From NCBI GenBank assembly GCA_052327205.1, contig CM126209.1, forward strand, positions 61,194,001 through 61,258,000: a stretch of DNA of 64,000 nucleotides, in the 5' to 3' direction. Under the pieces are notes generated by a model that saw nothing but the letters and a program-made list of their open reading frames with translations, was not told where the DNA came from and did no database searches. The DNA is from Somniosus microcephalus (taxonomy: Eukaryota). The translations under genes were made by a program, and so were the position numbers. Shown piece after piece: positions 47,351 to 61,360 of this stretch (its first letter is position 1; each line of letters starts with the position of its first letter).

Positions 47351-47699
47351 GGAGTCCTTCATATAATGACCCCCTAGCATTAACAATCCTGGTAACCACC
47401 TTCCCCAGTTCCTGCAAAGATGCACCTTCCACACCACACACTTTTACTCCACCACTGCCAAGACCACTTCCACTGCAGATTTCAATCTATGCTGACATTA
47501 CAGGAAATCTCTCTGGACACAATGCAAATGAAGTGCCAGCTCATTTTATTGCCCTGTATTTCAGTCTTGCTATTGATTTCTACCCCTGACTGCATTGCTG
47601 TAGTGCCTAATCTGGTGTTATTTTCTCAGTGGGTGGAGCATGAGAGGGGACTGGTTGCTGTGTCTCAGTCAAAGCTCCTAAGGTGGTGATGGCAAGGTT

Positions 47700-48386
47700 G
47701 TGATTATTGACCTCTATGAGCACAGATCTGAGATGTCCTGGCAGCAGGTTGCTGCACTTTGGACTGCTGGGTAGTCTGACCCTGCACATTTTCTGGCTCC
47801 TGTGTAGACATTGGTTGGGGTACAGAGTTATTTTCATCCTGAGAGACAGCTTCTCTCTCTTAAAGGCAGTCTTCTCCTGCAGGATGTGTAGAAGGGGGTA
47901 AATAAAAAGCTTTCAGCCTACACCATGTGTTAGTCTGCTGACCATAGTGTGTAACATTACAGGAACAAGCATTATGCTGTTATAATAGGTAAAGGAGCTG
48001 TCAGGGGACCAGAGTGCAAAGTAAAGCAGAAAAGAGATTCAGTGAAGTCTTCCTTTCTTCTTAATGGGCAACAGCATGACTGTTTGAGGGGAGACAAAGG
48101 TATGGGTTATACCTGTTCAGTTGAAACAATGAGATGCAAGTGGGATTTCTTACCTTAGCATACCTGTTGAGGTCATTGAATTTTTTCTGTATTACAGCTA
48201 GATCTGGTGTATTGCTGCAGCATTGACATGGTTGATGACCAACTGTTAAGCCTCTTCTCTAGTTCTCTGGGAATGGAACCCACCTAAGGGGAGCAGGATG
48301 TCCCTCTTCTTCTGAACTCGGTCCAACACGATGTCCAGTGTCCAATCCAAAAGCAGAGGTGTTCTGCCACTCCCCTTACTATGCAT
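47700..48386 (-). pseudogene. Decayed Harbinger Myb/SANT-like gene, two exons
   Basis: GRTPLLLDWTLDIVLDRVQKKRDILLP...EEA*QLVINHVNA...*L*YR/KKFNDLNRYAK, gtaaga donor at 48153, ctgcag acceptor at 47877, then EKTAFKRE. Confidence 0.7.
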
Positions 48387-48789
48387 GGACACCTTGGTGA
48401 ACCTGCAGATCCACGTTCCTGCACTATGTACCGGCAAAGTGCAATGTGCCTTTATGCTACTGCAGGACTTTAAGACCATCGAGATAGGGTACAGCCACAT
48501 GCACCATTTACCCACCTCCAACCATACAATCTCCTGAGAAAAGCAAAAGAAACGGTGGCCATTTAAAGAAAAACTTTGGAAAATTTTTCTGTAACTCCCT
48601 AAGATCAAGCTCCAGTAGTCCACAATAACCCATTGCTCATCATCATCCCAGCTGACTAACAACGGTCCCCTATAACTGGAAATGTCCTTCTCATCTCACC
48701 CTTTTAAAGGACTACAGTGGGAATGCATATCTAGTCTATGTTTTGGTAGTCTGTTCCAGAGAAAAATGGAGTCACTGCACAAAGAAACA

Positions 48790-49260
48790 CACAAAAAGGT
48801 CAGAACTAACTCACCAATCTCTCAGAAAGGCCTTTTGTTCTACTATAATTACTTTTAAACAAAATAAATAACTTTTAACGCCTTTAAAAAGCTAGTCTCA
48901 GAATCAATATCCTCTCACATATTGGATTTCAGATATTTCTGTACACAGTTGAAATGACTGAAGTACCTCATATTCATGAATATCAATTCATGTTCATTCA
49001 GCTCCTGTACACGATCAAACTAAATAGCTCCCTGGCACTAGTTCCAATATTGTTATCAGCACTCGCTCTTTAAACACAGATTTTCAAATTGACAGAAAAA
49101 TGCACGTTAAATTTAACCTGCCTTTTTGAAAAAAAAATGTCTTTTAAAAATCGGTGCAGATAGTGAGATTCACCCATTAACTGTAACCCCTGACTTAAAA
49201 TTGGAATTATAGTGAGTTACTGGGTACAGAAGCACTTTGGTAAAAACTTGGTTTGATTTT
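48790..49260. mobile_element. Probable non-autonomous DNA transposon remnant
   Basis: AT-rich motifs (acccctgactta, gtgagttac, gtgtacag) resemble 25340-25560; by eye only. Confidence 0.3.
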
Positions 49261-52200
49261 ATATTATTTTATACATATATATTAGATGCATATACATCAA
49301 ATAAGCGGTGATATTCGATAAGAACCCATTTTTGCTTGTCTTGTTCTGGCCGTGCCAGTGACATCGGCAAATATTCATGTTTCCTAATATATCAGTGCAA
49401 AAAGAACAAGTTATAGTGGTGTTTGAAGCAGAACAAAAACACACAGCACAGTGCACAGGTTGTCATGACTGTCCATATCTACATTTATTTTGAGTTGCTC
49501 CTTACTTCTCCAGCAATCCGTAACAATCAGGCACCACTTAAAAAGCCGTAAAGTGCAAATATGTTAAACATTCGTTAAAGACAATTAAAAGTTAAACTAT
49601 TTTCCTCCTTATTTTTTTGGTTAACATCCCGCGCGTGTCTTATGTTTTTGGCATCGTATATATAAGAAAACTATAAATAATGCTATTTGTAAGAGCGAGT
49701 TTTGCTTGAAACTTGAAGTGGCTTTAATGTCACTGCAGAAGGACTGGGTTAATGATGGGTTAAAGGGTTCACAGATACCTAGATCGGATAGTAAAGGCAC
49801 TGCCTTCTTCAGGGAAACATCACGCCTTACCGAAATAACTACGTTATTGACTACGTGTCTTGAAAGTAACTTTAACATGTACAACATTAAAAAAACTAAA
49901 AGCAGATGGTTTCTCTGAATCAACTTTAAGAGATAGTGCAGAAATGTGTTCCAACACTGGCCTACACCAAACACACCAAACAGGCTGTGAAATTAACACA
50001 CTACAGATACTAATGGATATTCTGTACAGTGTGAGTTACAGATATTAATGGTTTTTTGGGACAGTACGAGTTACATATACCAATGGGTATTCTGTACAGT
50101 GCGAGTTACAGATACTAATGGATATTCTACACAGTGCGAGTTACAGATACTAATTGATATTCTGTACAAGATGAGTTACAGATACTAATGGATATTCTGT
50201 ACAGTAAGATTTACAGGTACTAATGGATATTCGGTACAGTGCGAGTTAGAGATACTGATGGATATTCTATACAGTGCGAGTTACAGATACTAATAGATAT
50301 TCTACACAGTGCGAGTTACAGATACAAATGGATATTCTGAACAGTGCGAGTTACAGATACTGATGGGTATTCTGCACAGTGCGAGTTACAGATACAAATG
50401 GATATTCTGTACAGTACGAGTTACAGATACTAATAGATATTCTACACAGTGCGAGTTACAGATACAAATGGATATTCTGTACAGTGCGAGTTACAGATAC
50501 TGATGGATATTCTGTACAGTACGAGTTACAGATACTAATGGATATTCTGTACAGTGCGAGTTACAGATACTAATAGATATTCTACACAGTGCGAGTTACA
50601 GATACAAATGGATATTCTGTACAGTGCGAGTTACAGATACTGATGGATATTCTATACAGTACGAGTTACAGATACTGATGGATATTCTGTACAGTACGAG
50701 TTACAGATACTGATGGATATTCTGTACAGTACGAGTTACAGATACTAATGGATATTCTGTGCAGTGCGAGTTACAGATACTAATAGATATTCTACACAGT
50801 GCGAGTTACAGATACAAATGGATATTCTGTACAGTACGAGTTACAGATACTGATGGGTATTCTGTACAGTACGAGTTACAGATACTAATGGATATTCTGT
50901 ACAGTGCGAGTTACAGATACTAATAGATATTCTACACAGTGCGAGTTACAGATACAAATGGATATTCTGTACAGTGCGAGTTACAGATACTGATGGGTAT
51001 TCTGTACAGTACGAGTTACAGATACTAATGGATATTCTGTACTGTGCGAATTACAGATACTAATAGATATTCTACACAGTATGAGTTACAGATACTAATG
51101 TATATTCTGCACAGTGCGAGTTACAGATACTAATGGATATTCTGTACTGTGCGAATTACAGATACTAATGGATATTCTACACAGTACGAGTTACAGATAC
51201 TAATGGATATTCTGTACAGTGCAAGTTACAGATACTAATGGATATTCTACACAGTACGAGTTACAGATACTAATGGATATTCTGTACAGTGCGAGTTACA
51301 GATACTAATGGATATTCTGTACTGTGCGAGTTACAGATACTAATGGATATTTTGTACTGTGCGAGGTACAGATACTAATGGATATTCTACACAGTACGAG
51401 TTACAGATACTAATGGATATTCTGTACAATACAAGTTACAGATACTAATGGGTATTCTATATGGGGCGAGTGACAGATAGAAATGGATATTCTACACAGT
51501 ACGAATTACAGATACTAATGGATATTCTATAAAGTGCGAGTTACAGATATTAATGGATATTCTGTACAGTATGAGATACAGCTACTAATGGATATTTTAT
51601 ACAGGGCGAGTTACAGATACTAATGGATATTTTGTACAGGGCGAGTTACAGATACTAATGGATATTAACAGGGCGAATTACAGATACTAATGGATATTCT
51701 GTACATTGCGAGTTACAGGTACTAATAGATATTCTACACAGTGCAAGTTAGTGAAACTAATGGATACCTTACACAGTGCAAGTTACAGATACTAATGGAT
51801 ATTCTGTACTGTGAGAGTTACAGATACTAATGGATATTCTACACAGTGCGAGTTACAGATACAAATGGATATTCTACACAGTGTGAGTTACAGATACTAA
51901 TAGATATCCTGTACAAGGCGAGTTACAGATATTAATGGATATTCTGTACATTGCGAGTTACAGATACTAATTGATATTCTACACAGTGCAAGTTAGTGAA
52001 ACTAATGGATATCCTACACAGTGCAAGTTATGGATACTAATGAATATTCTGTACTGTGCGAGTTACAGCTCCTAATGAATATTCTGTACAAGGCAAGTTT
52101 CAGATACTAATGGATATTCTGTATAGGGCGAGTTACAGATTCTAATGGATATTCTGTACAATGCGAGTAACAGATACTAATGGATATTCTGTACAGTGCG

Positions 52201-54615
52201 AGTTACACATACTAATTGATATTCTGTACAGTGCAAGTTACAGATACTAATGGATACTCTGTACAGTGCAAGTTACACATACTAATGGATATTCTGTACA
52301 GTGCGATTTACAAATACTAATGGATATTCTACACAATGCCAATTACAGATACTAATAGATATTCTGTACAAGGCGAGTTACAGATACTAATGGCTATTCT
52401 GTACATTGCGAGTTACAGATACTAATAGATATTCTGTACAAGGCGAGTTACAGATACTAATGGATATTCTGTACATTGCAAGTTACAGATACTAATAGAT
52501 ATTCTACACAGTGCAAGTTAGTGAAACTAATGCATATCCTACACAGTGCGAGTTACAGATACTAATGAATATTCTGTACTCTGCGAGTTACAGCTCTTAA
52601 TGAATATTCTGTACCGGGCGAGTTTCAGATACTAATTGATGTTCTGTACAGGGCGAGTTAGAGATGCTAATGGATATTCTACAAAGTGCGAGTTATAGAT
52701 ACTAATGGAAAGTGTGTACAGTACGAGTTAAAGATACTAATGGATATTCTGTACAGTGCGAGTTACAGATACTAATGGATATTCTGTACTGTGTGAGTTA
52801 CAGATAATAATGGATATTCTACACAGTGTGATTTATAGATAATAATGGATATTCTGTACTGGACGAGTCACAGATACTAATGGATATTTTGTACAGGGCG
52901 AGTTACAGATACTAATGGATATTCTGTACAGGGTGAGTTACAGATACTAATGGACATTTTGTACAGGGCGAGTTACAGACACTAATGGATATTCTACATA
53001 CTACAAGTTACAGGTACTAACGGATATTTTGTACAGTACAAGTTACAGATACTAATGCATATTCTGTACAGTGCGAGCTACAGATACTAATCAACATTCT
53101 GTACAGTGCGAGTTACAGATACTAATGGATATTCTGTACAGTACGAGTTACAGATACTAATGGATATTCTGTACAGGGTGAGATACAGATACTAATCGAT
53201 ATTCTGTATAGTATGAGTTACAGATACTAATGGGTATTTTGTACAGGGTGAGTTACAGCCACTTATGGATATTATGTACAGTATGAGTTACTGAAACTGA
53301 TGGATATTCTGTACAGTACGAGTAACAGATACTAATGGATATTCTGTACAGTGCGAGTTACAGATACTAATGGATATTCTGTACAGTGCGAGTTACAGGT
53401 GCTAATGATATTCTGTACAGTGCAAGTTACAGATACTAATAGATATTCTGCACAGTACAAGTTATGCATACTAATTTGATATTCTGTACAGTGCGAGTTA
53501 CAGATTCTAATGGATACTCTGTACAGTGCGAGTTACACATACTAATGGATATTCTGTACAGTGCGATTTACAAATACTATCGCATATTCTACACAGTGCG
53601 AGTTACAGACACTAATAGATATTCTGTACAAGGCGAGTTACAGATACTAATGGATATTCTGTACATTGTGAGTTACAGATACTAATAGATATTCTACACA
53701 GTGCAAGTTAGTGAAACTAATGGATATCCTACACAGTGCGAGTTACAGGTACTAATGAATATTCTGTACTGTGCGAGTTACAGCTCCTAATGAATATTCT
53801 GTACAGGGCGAGTTTCAGATACTAATAGATATTCTGTACAGGGCGATTACAGATGCTAATAGATATTCTATAAAGTGTGAGTTATAGATACTAATGGATA
53901 TTCTGTACGGGGCGAGTTACAGATGCTAATGGATATTCTATAAAGTGCAAGTTATAGATACTAATGGATATTGTGTACAGTAAGAGTTAAAGATATGAAT
54001 GGATATTCTGTACAGTACAAGTTACAGATTCTAATGGATATTCTGTACAATGCGAGTTACAGATACTAATGGATATTCTGTACAGTGTGAGTTACAGTTA
54101 CTAATGGATATTCTGTACAGTGCAAGTTACAGTTACTAATGGATATTCTATACAGTGTGAGTTAATGATACTAATGGATATTCTGTACAGGGCGAGGTAC
54201 AGATACTGATGAATATTCTACACAGTGCGAGTTACAGATAGTAACGGATATTCTGTACTGTGCGAGTTACAGATAACAATGGATATTCTACACAGTGCGA
54301 TTTATAGATAATAATGGATATTCTGTACTGGCTGAGTCACAGATACTAATGGATCTTCTGTACAGGACGAGTTACAGATAGTAATGGATGTTCTGTACAG
54401 GGTGAGTTACAGATACTAATGGATATTCTTTACAGGGCGAGTTACAGATACTAAAGGATATTCTGTACAGGGCGAGTTACAGATACTAATGGATTTTTGT
54501 ATAGTGGAAGTTACAGTTATTAATGTATATTCTGTACATGGCGAATTACAGATACTACTGGATATTCTGTACAGAGAGAGTTATAGATACTAATGGATAT
54601 TCTGTACAGTGCGAG

Positions 54616-54911
54616 AACATAAGAACATAAGAACATAAGAACATAAGGAATAGGAGCAGGAGTCGGCCAATCGGCCCCTCAAGCCTGCTCCACCATTCAA
54701 TAAGATCATGGCTGATCTGATCCTAACCTCAAATCTTCTATCACTCTCCATCCCACCCGAACCCATGTGAACTCCCAGGAGAGGCGAAAAACCAGCTGAA
54801 AAACCGAATGGCCAATTTTGGGAGAAAAAATCTGGGAAATTCCTCTCCGACCCATCTAGGCGATCGAAACTCATCCAGGAGATCACTCTGTCCCTATATT
54901 TTGTACAGTAC
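54616..54911 (-). mobile_element. CR1 3' UTR-only insertion in the satellite (copy 1)
   Basis: (AACATAAG)x4 tail plus sequence closely matching 3012-3286. Confidence 0.93.
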
Positions 54912-57900
54912 AGAGTTACAGATACTAATGATATTCTGTACAGTATGAGATACAGATACTAATTGATATTCTGTTCAGTATGAATTACAGGTATTAATGA
55001 TATTCTGTAGAGTGCGAGTTACAGATACTAATAGATATTCTGTACAGTACAAATTGCAGATACTAACTGATATACTGTACAGTATGAGCTACAGATACTA
55101 ATTGTTATTCTGTACATCGCGAGTTACAGGTACTAATGGGTATTCTGTACAGTGCGAGTTAGAGATACAAATGGATATTCTGTACAGTGCGAGTTACAGA
55201 TACTAATGGATATTCTGTACAGTGCGATTTACAGATACTAATGGATATTCTATGCAATGCAATTTGCAGATACTAATCGTTATTCTGTACAGTACGAGTT
55301 ACAGTTACTAATGGATATTATACAGAGTGAGTTACAGATACTAATGGATATTCTGTACAGGGCGAGTTACAGATACTAATGGATATTCTCTACAGTACGA
55401 GTTACAGATACTGATGGATATTCTGTACAGGGCGAGTTACAGATACTAACGGATATTCTGTACTGTGCGAGGTACACATAATAATGGATATTCTGTACAG
55501 GTCGAGTTACAAATACTAATGGATATTCTACTCAGTGCGAGTTATAGATAATAATGGGTATTCTGTACAGGGCGAGTTACAGATACTAATGGATATTCTG
55601 TACAGTACGAGTTACAGATACCAATAGATATTCTGTACAGGGCAAGTTACAGATACTAATTGTTATTCTGTACAATACGAGTTACAGATACTAATGGAGA
55701 TTCTGTACAATGCGAGTTACAGATAGTAATGGATATTCTGTACAGGGCGAGTTACAGATACTAATGGATATTCTGTGCAATGCGAGTTACAGATACTAAT
55801 GGATATTCTACACAGTGCAAGTAACAGATGCCAATGGATATTCTGTACAGTGTGAGTTACAGATACTAATGGATATTCTGTACAGTACGAGTTACAGATA
55901 CTATTGGATATTCTGTACAGGGCGAGTTCCAGATACTAATGGATATTCTGTACAGTGCATGTTACATATACTAATGGATATTCTACCCAGTGCGAGTTAC
56001 AGAAAGTAATGGATATTCTGAACAGTGCGAGTTACAGATACTAATGGATATTCTGTACAGTACGAGTTACAGATACTAATGGATATTCTGTACAGTGCGA
56101 GTTACATATGCTAATGGATATTCTGTACTGTGTGAGTTACAGACTTTAATGGATATTCTACACAGTGCAAGTTACACACACTAATGGATATTCTGTGCAG
56201 TGCGAGTTACTGTTACTGATGGATGTTCTGTACAGGCCGAGTTACAGATACTGATGGATATTCTGTACAGTGCGAGTTACAGATACTAATGGATATTCTA
56301 CACAGTGTGAGTTACAGATAATAATCGATATTCTGTACAGGGCGAGTTACAGATAATAATCGATATTCTGTACAGTGCTAGTTACAGATACTAATGGATA
56401 TTCTGTACAGGGCAAATTACAGATACTAATGGATATTCTGTACAGTGCAAGTTACAGATACTGATGGATATTCTACACATTGCGAGTTACAGATAATAAT
56501 CGATATTATGTACAGGGAAAGTTACAGATAATAATCGATATTCTGTACAGTGCAAGTTACAGATAATAATCGATATTCTGTACAGGGCGAGTTACAGATC
56601 CTAATGGATATTCTGTACAGTAAGATTTACAGGTACTAATGGATATTCGGTACAGTGCAAGTTACAGATACTAATGGATATTATACACAGTGCTAGTTAC
56701 AGATACTAATGGATATTCTCTACAATGCGAGCTACAGATACTAATGGATGTTCTACACATTGCGAGTTACAGATACTAATGGATATTGTACAAAATGCGA
56801 GTTACAGTTACTAATGGATATTCTGTATAGGCCGAGTTACAGATACTAATGGATATTATACAAAGTGTGAATTACAGATACTAATGGTTATTCTGTACAG
56901 TGCGAGTTACAGATACTAATGGATATTCTGTACAGGCTGAGTTACAGGTACTGATGGATAATCTGTACAGTGCGAGTTACAGTTGCTAGTGGATATTCTG
57001 TACAGTGTGACTTACAGTTACTAATGGATATTCTGTACAGTGCGAGTTACAGATACTAATGGATATTCTGTCCAGTGCAAGTTACAGATACTAATGGATA
57101 TTCTGTACAGTGCAAGTTACAGATATTAATAGATATTCTGTACATGGCAAGTTACAGATACTAATGGATATTCTGTACAGTACGAGTTACAGATAGTAAT
57201 GGATATTCTGTACATGGCGAGTTTCAGACACTAATGATATTCTGTACAGTACGAGTTACCGATACCAATTGATATTCTCTACAGTACGAGGTACAGATGC
57301 TAATAAATATTTTGTACATTACAAGCTACAGATACTAATTTATATTCTGTACAGTATGAGTTACAAATACTAATGATATTCTGTACAGTATGAGTTACAG
57401 CTACTAATGGATATTCTGTACAGGGCGAGTTACAGGTACTAATGGCTGTTCTGTACAGTGTGAGTTATAGATACTAATGTATGTTCTGTACAGTGCAAGT
57501 TACAGATACTAATGGATATTCTACACAGTGCGAGTTACAGATAACAGTGGATATTCTGTACAGGGCGAGTTACAGATACAAATGGATATTCTACACATAG
57601 CGATTTACAGATACTAATGGATATTCTGTACAATGCGAGTTACAGACATCAATGGATATTCTATACAGTACGAGTTACAGATACTAATGGATATTCTGTA
57701 CATGGCGCATTACAAATACTAATGATATTCTGTATAGTACGAGTTACCGATACTCATTGATATTCTGTACAGTTCAAGTTACAGATACTAATTTATATTC
57801 TGTACAATATGAGTTACAGATACTAATGGATATTCTGTACAGGGCAAGTTACAGATACTAATGGATATTCTGTACAGGGCGAGTTACAGATACTGATGAA

Positions 57901-60900
57901 TATTCTGCACAGGGCGAATTACAGATACTAATGGATATTCTGTACAGTGCGAGTTGAAGCTAATAATGGATATTCTGTACAATGCGAGTTACAGATACTA
58001 ATGAATATTCTGTACAGGGCGCGTTACAGATACTAATGGATATTCTGTACCGTGCGAGTTACAGATACTAATGGATATTCTCTACAATGCGAGTTACAGA
58101 TACTAATGGATATTCTACACAGTGCGAGTTGAAGCTAATAATGGATATTCTCTACAATGCGAGTTACAGATACTAATGGATATTCTGTACAGGGCGAGTT
58201 ACAGATACTAATGGATATTCTGTACCGTGCGAGTTACAGATACTAATGGATATTCTCTACAATGTGAGTTACAGATACTAATGGATATTCTACACAGTGC
58301 GAGTTGAAGCTAATAATGGATATTCTCTACAATGCGAGTTACAGATACTAATGGATATTCTGTACAGGGCGAGTTACAGATACTAATGGATATTCTGTAC
58401 AGTGCGAGTTACAGATATTAATGGATATTCTGTACAGGGCGAGTTACAGATATTAATCGATGTTCTCTACAATGCGAGTTACAGATACTAATGGATATTC
58501 TGTACAGGGCACGTTACCGATACTAATGGTTATTCTACACAGTACGAGTTACAGATACTAATGGATATTCTGTACAGTGCATGTTACAGATACTAATGTA
58601 TATTCTGTACAGTGCGAGTTACAGATACTAATGTATATTCTGTACAGTGCGAGTTACAGATACTAATGGTTATTCTACACAGTGCGAGTTACAGATACTA
58701 ATGGATATTCTGTGCAGTGGGAGTTACAGATACTAATGGCTGTTCTGTACAGTGCGAGTTACGGATACTAATGGATATTCTGTACAGTACGAGTTACAGA
58801 TATTAATGGATATTTTGTACAGTGCGAGTTACAGATACTAATGGTTATTCTACACAGTGCGAGTTACAGATACTAATGGATATTTTGTACAGTGCGAGTT
58901 GCAGATACTAATGGTTATTCTACACGGCGAGTTACAGATACTAATGGATATTCTGTACAGTGCGAGTTACAGATACTAATAGATATTCTACACAGTGCAA
59001 GTTAGTGAAACTAATGCATATCCTACACAGTGCGAGTTACAGATACTAATGAATATTCTGTACTCTGCGAGTTACAGCTCTTAATGAATATTCTGTACCG
59101 GGCGAGTTTCAGATACTAATTGATGTTCTGTACAGGGCGAGTTAGAGATGCTAATGGATATTCTACAAAGTGCGAGTTATAGATACTAATGGAAAGTGTG
59201 TACAGTACGAGTTAAAGATACTAATGGATATTCTGTACAGTGCGAGTTACAGATACTAATGGATATTCTGTACTGTGTGAGTTACAGATAATAATGGATA
59301 TTCTACACAGTGTGATTTATAGATAATAATGGATATTCTGTACTGGACGAGTCACAGATACTAATGGATATTTTGTACAGGGCGAGTTACAGATACTAAT
59401 GGATATTCTGTACAGGGTGAGTTACAGATACTAATGGACATTTTGTACAGGGCGAGTTACAGACACTAATGGATATTCTACATACTACAAGTTACAGGTA
59501 CTAACGGATATTTTGTACAGTACAAGTTACAGATACTAATGCATATTCTGTACAGTGCGAGCTACAGATACTAATGGATATTCTGTACAGTACGAGTTAC
59601 AGATACTAATGGATATTCTGTACAGGGTGAGATACAGATACTAATCGATATTCTGTATAGTATGAGTTACAGATACTAATGGGTATTTTGTACAGGGTGA
59701 GTTACAGCCACTTATGGATATTATGTACAGTATGAGTTACTGAAACTGATGGATATTCTGTACAGTACGAGTAACAGATACTAATGGATATTCTGTACAG
59801 TGCGAGTTACAGATACTAATGGATATTCTGTACAGTGCGAGTTACAGGTGCTAATGATATTCTGTACAGTGCAAGTTACAGATACTAATAGATATTCTGC
59901 ACAGTACAAGTTATGCATACTAATTTGATATTCTGTACAGTGCGAGTTACAGATTCTAATGGATACTCTGTACAGTGCGAGTTACACATACTAATGGATA
60001 TTCTGTACAGTGCGATTTACAAATACTATCGCATATTCTACACAGTGCGAGTTACAGATACTAATAGATATTCTGTACAAGGCGAGTTACAGATACTAAT
60101 GGATATTCTGTACATTGTGAGTTACAGATACTAATAGATATTCTACACAGTGCAAGTTAGTGAAACTAATGGATATCCTACACAGTGCGAGTTACAGGTA
60201 CTAATGAATATTCTGTACTGTGCGAGTTACAGCTCCTAATGAATATTCTGTACAGGGCGAGTTTCAGATACTAATAGATATTCTGTACAGGGCGATTACA
60301 GATGCTAATAGATATTCTATAAAGTGTGAGTTATAGATACTAATGGATATTCTGTACGGGGCGAGTTACAGATGCTAATGGATATTCTATAAAGTGCAAG
60401 TTATAGATACTAATGGATATTGTGTACAGTAAGAGTTAAAGATACGAATGGATATTCTGTACAGTACAAGTTACAGATTCTAATGGATATTCTGTACAAT
60501 GCGAGTTACAGATACTAATGGATATTCTGTACAGTGTGAGTTACAGTTACTAATGGATATTCTGTACAGTGCAAGTTACAGTTACTAATGGATATTCTAT
60601 ACAGTGTGAGTTAATGATACTAATGGATATTCTGTACAGGGCGAGGTACAGATACTGATGAATATTCTACACAGTGCGAGTTACAGATAGTAACGGATAT
60701 TCTGTACTGTGTGAGTTACAGATAACAATGGATATTCTACACAGTGCGATTTATAGATAATAATGGATATTCTGTACTGGCTGAGTCACAGATACTAATG
60801 GATCTTCTGTACAGGACGAGTTACAGATAGTAATGGATGTTCTGTACAGGGTGAGTTACAGATACTAATGGATATTCTTTACAGGGCGAGTTACAGATAC

Positions 60901-61064
60901 TAAAGGATATTCTGTACAGGGCGAGTTACAGATACTAATGGATTTTTGTATAGTGGAAGTTACAGTTATTAATGTATATTCTGTACATGGCGAATTACAG
61001 ATACTACTGGATATTCTGTACAGAGAGAGTTATAGATACTAATGGATATTCTGTACAGTGCGAG

Positions 61065-61360
61065 AACATAAGAACATAAGAACATAAGAACATAAGGAAT
61101 AGGAGCAGGAGTCGGCCAATCGGCCCCTCAAGCCTGCTCCACCATTCAATAAGATCATGGCTGATCTGATCCTAACCTCAAATCTTCTATCACTCTCCAT
61201 CCCACCCGAACCCATGTGAACTCCCAGGAGAGGCGAAAAACCAGCTGAAAAACCGAATGGCCAATTTTGGGAGAAAAAATCTGGGAAATTCCTCTCCGAC
61301 CCATCTAGGCGATCGAAACTCATCCAGGAGATCACTCTGTCCCTATATTTTGTACAGTAC
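61065..61360 (-). mobile_element. CR1 3' UTR-only insertion in the satellite (copy 2, duplicated)
   Basis: Same sequence and flanks as 54616-54911, offset 6449. Confidence 0.93.
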
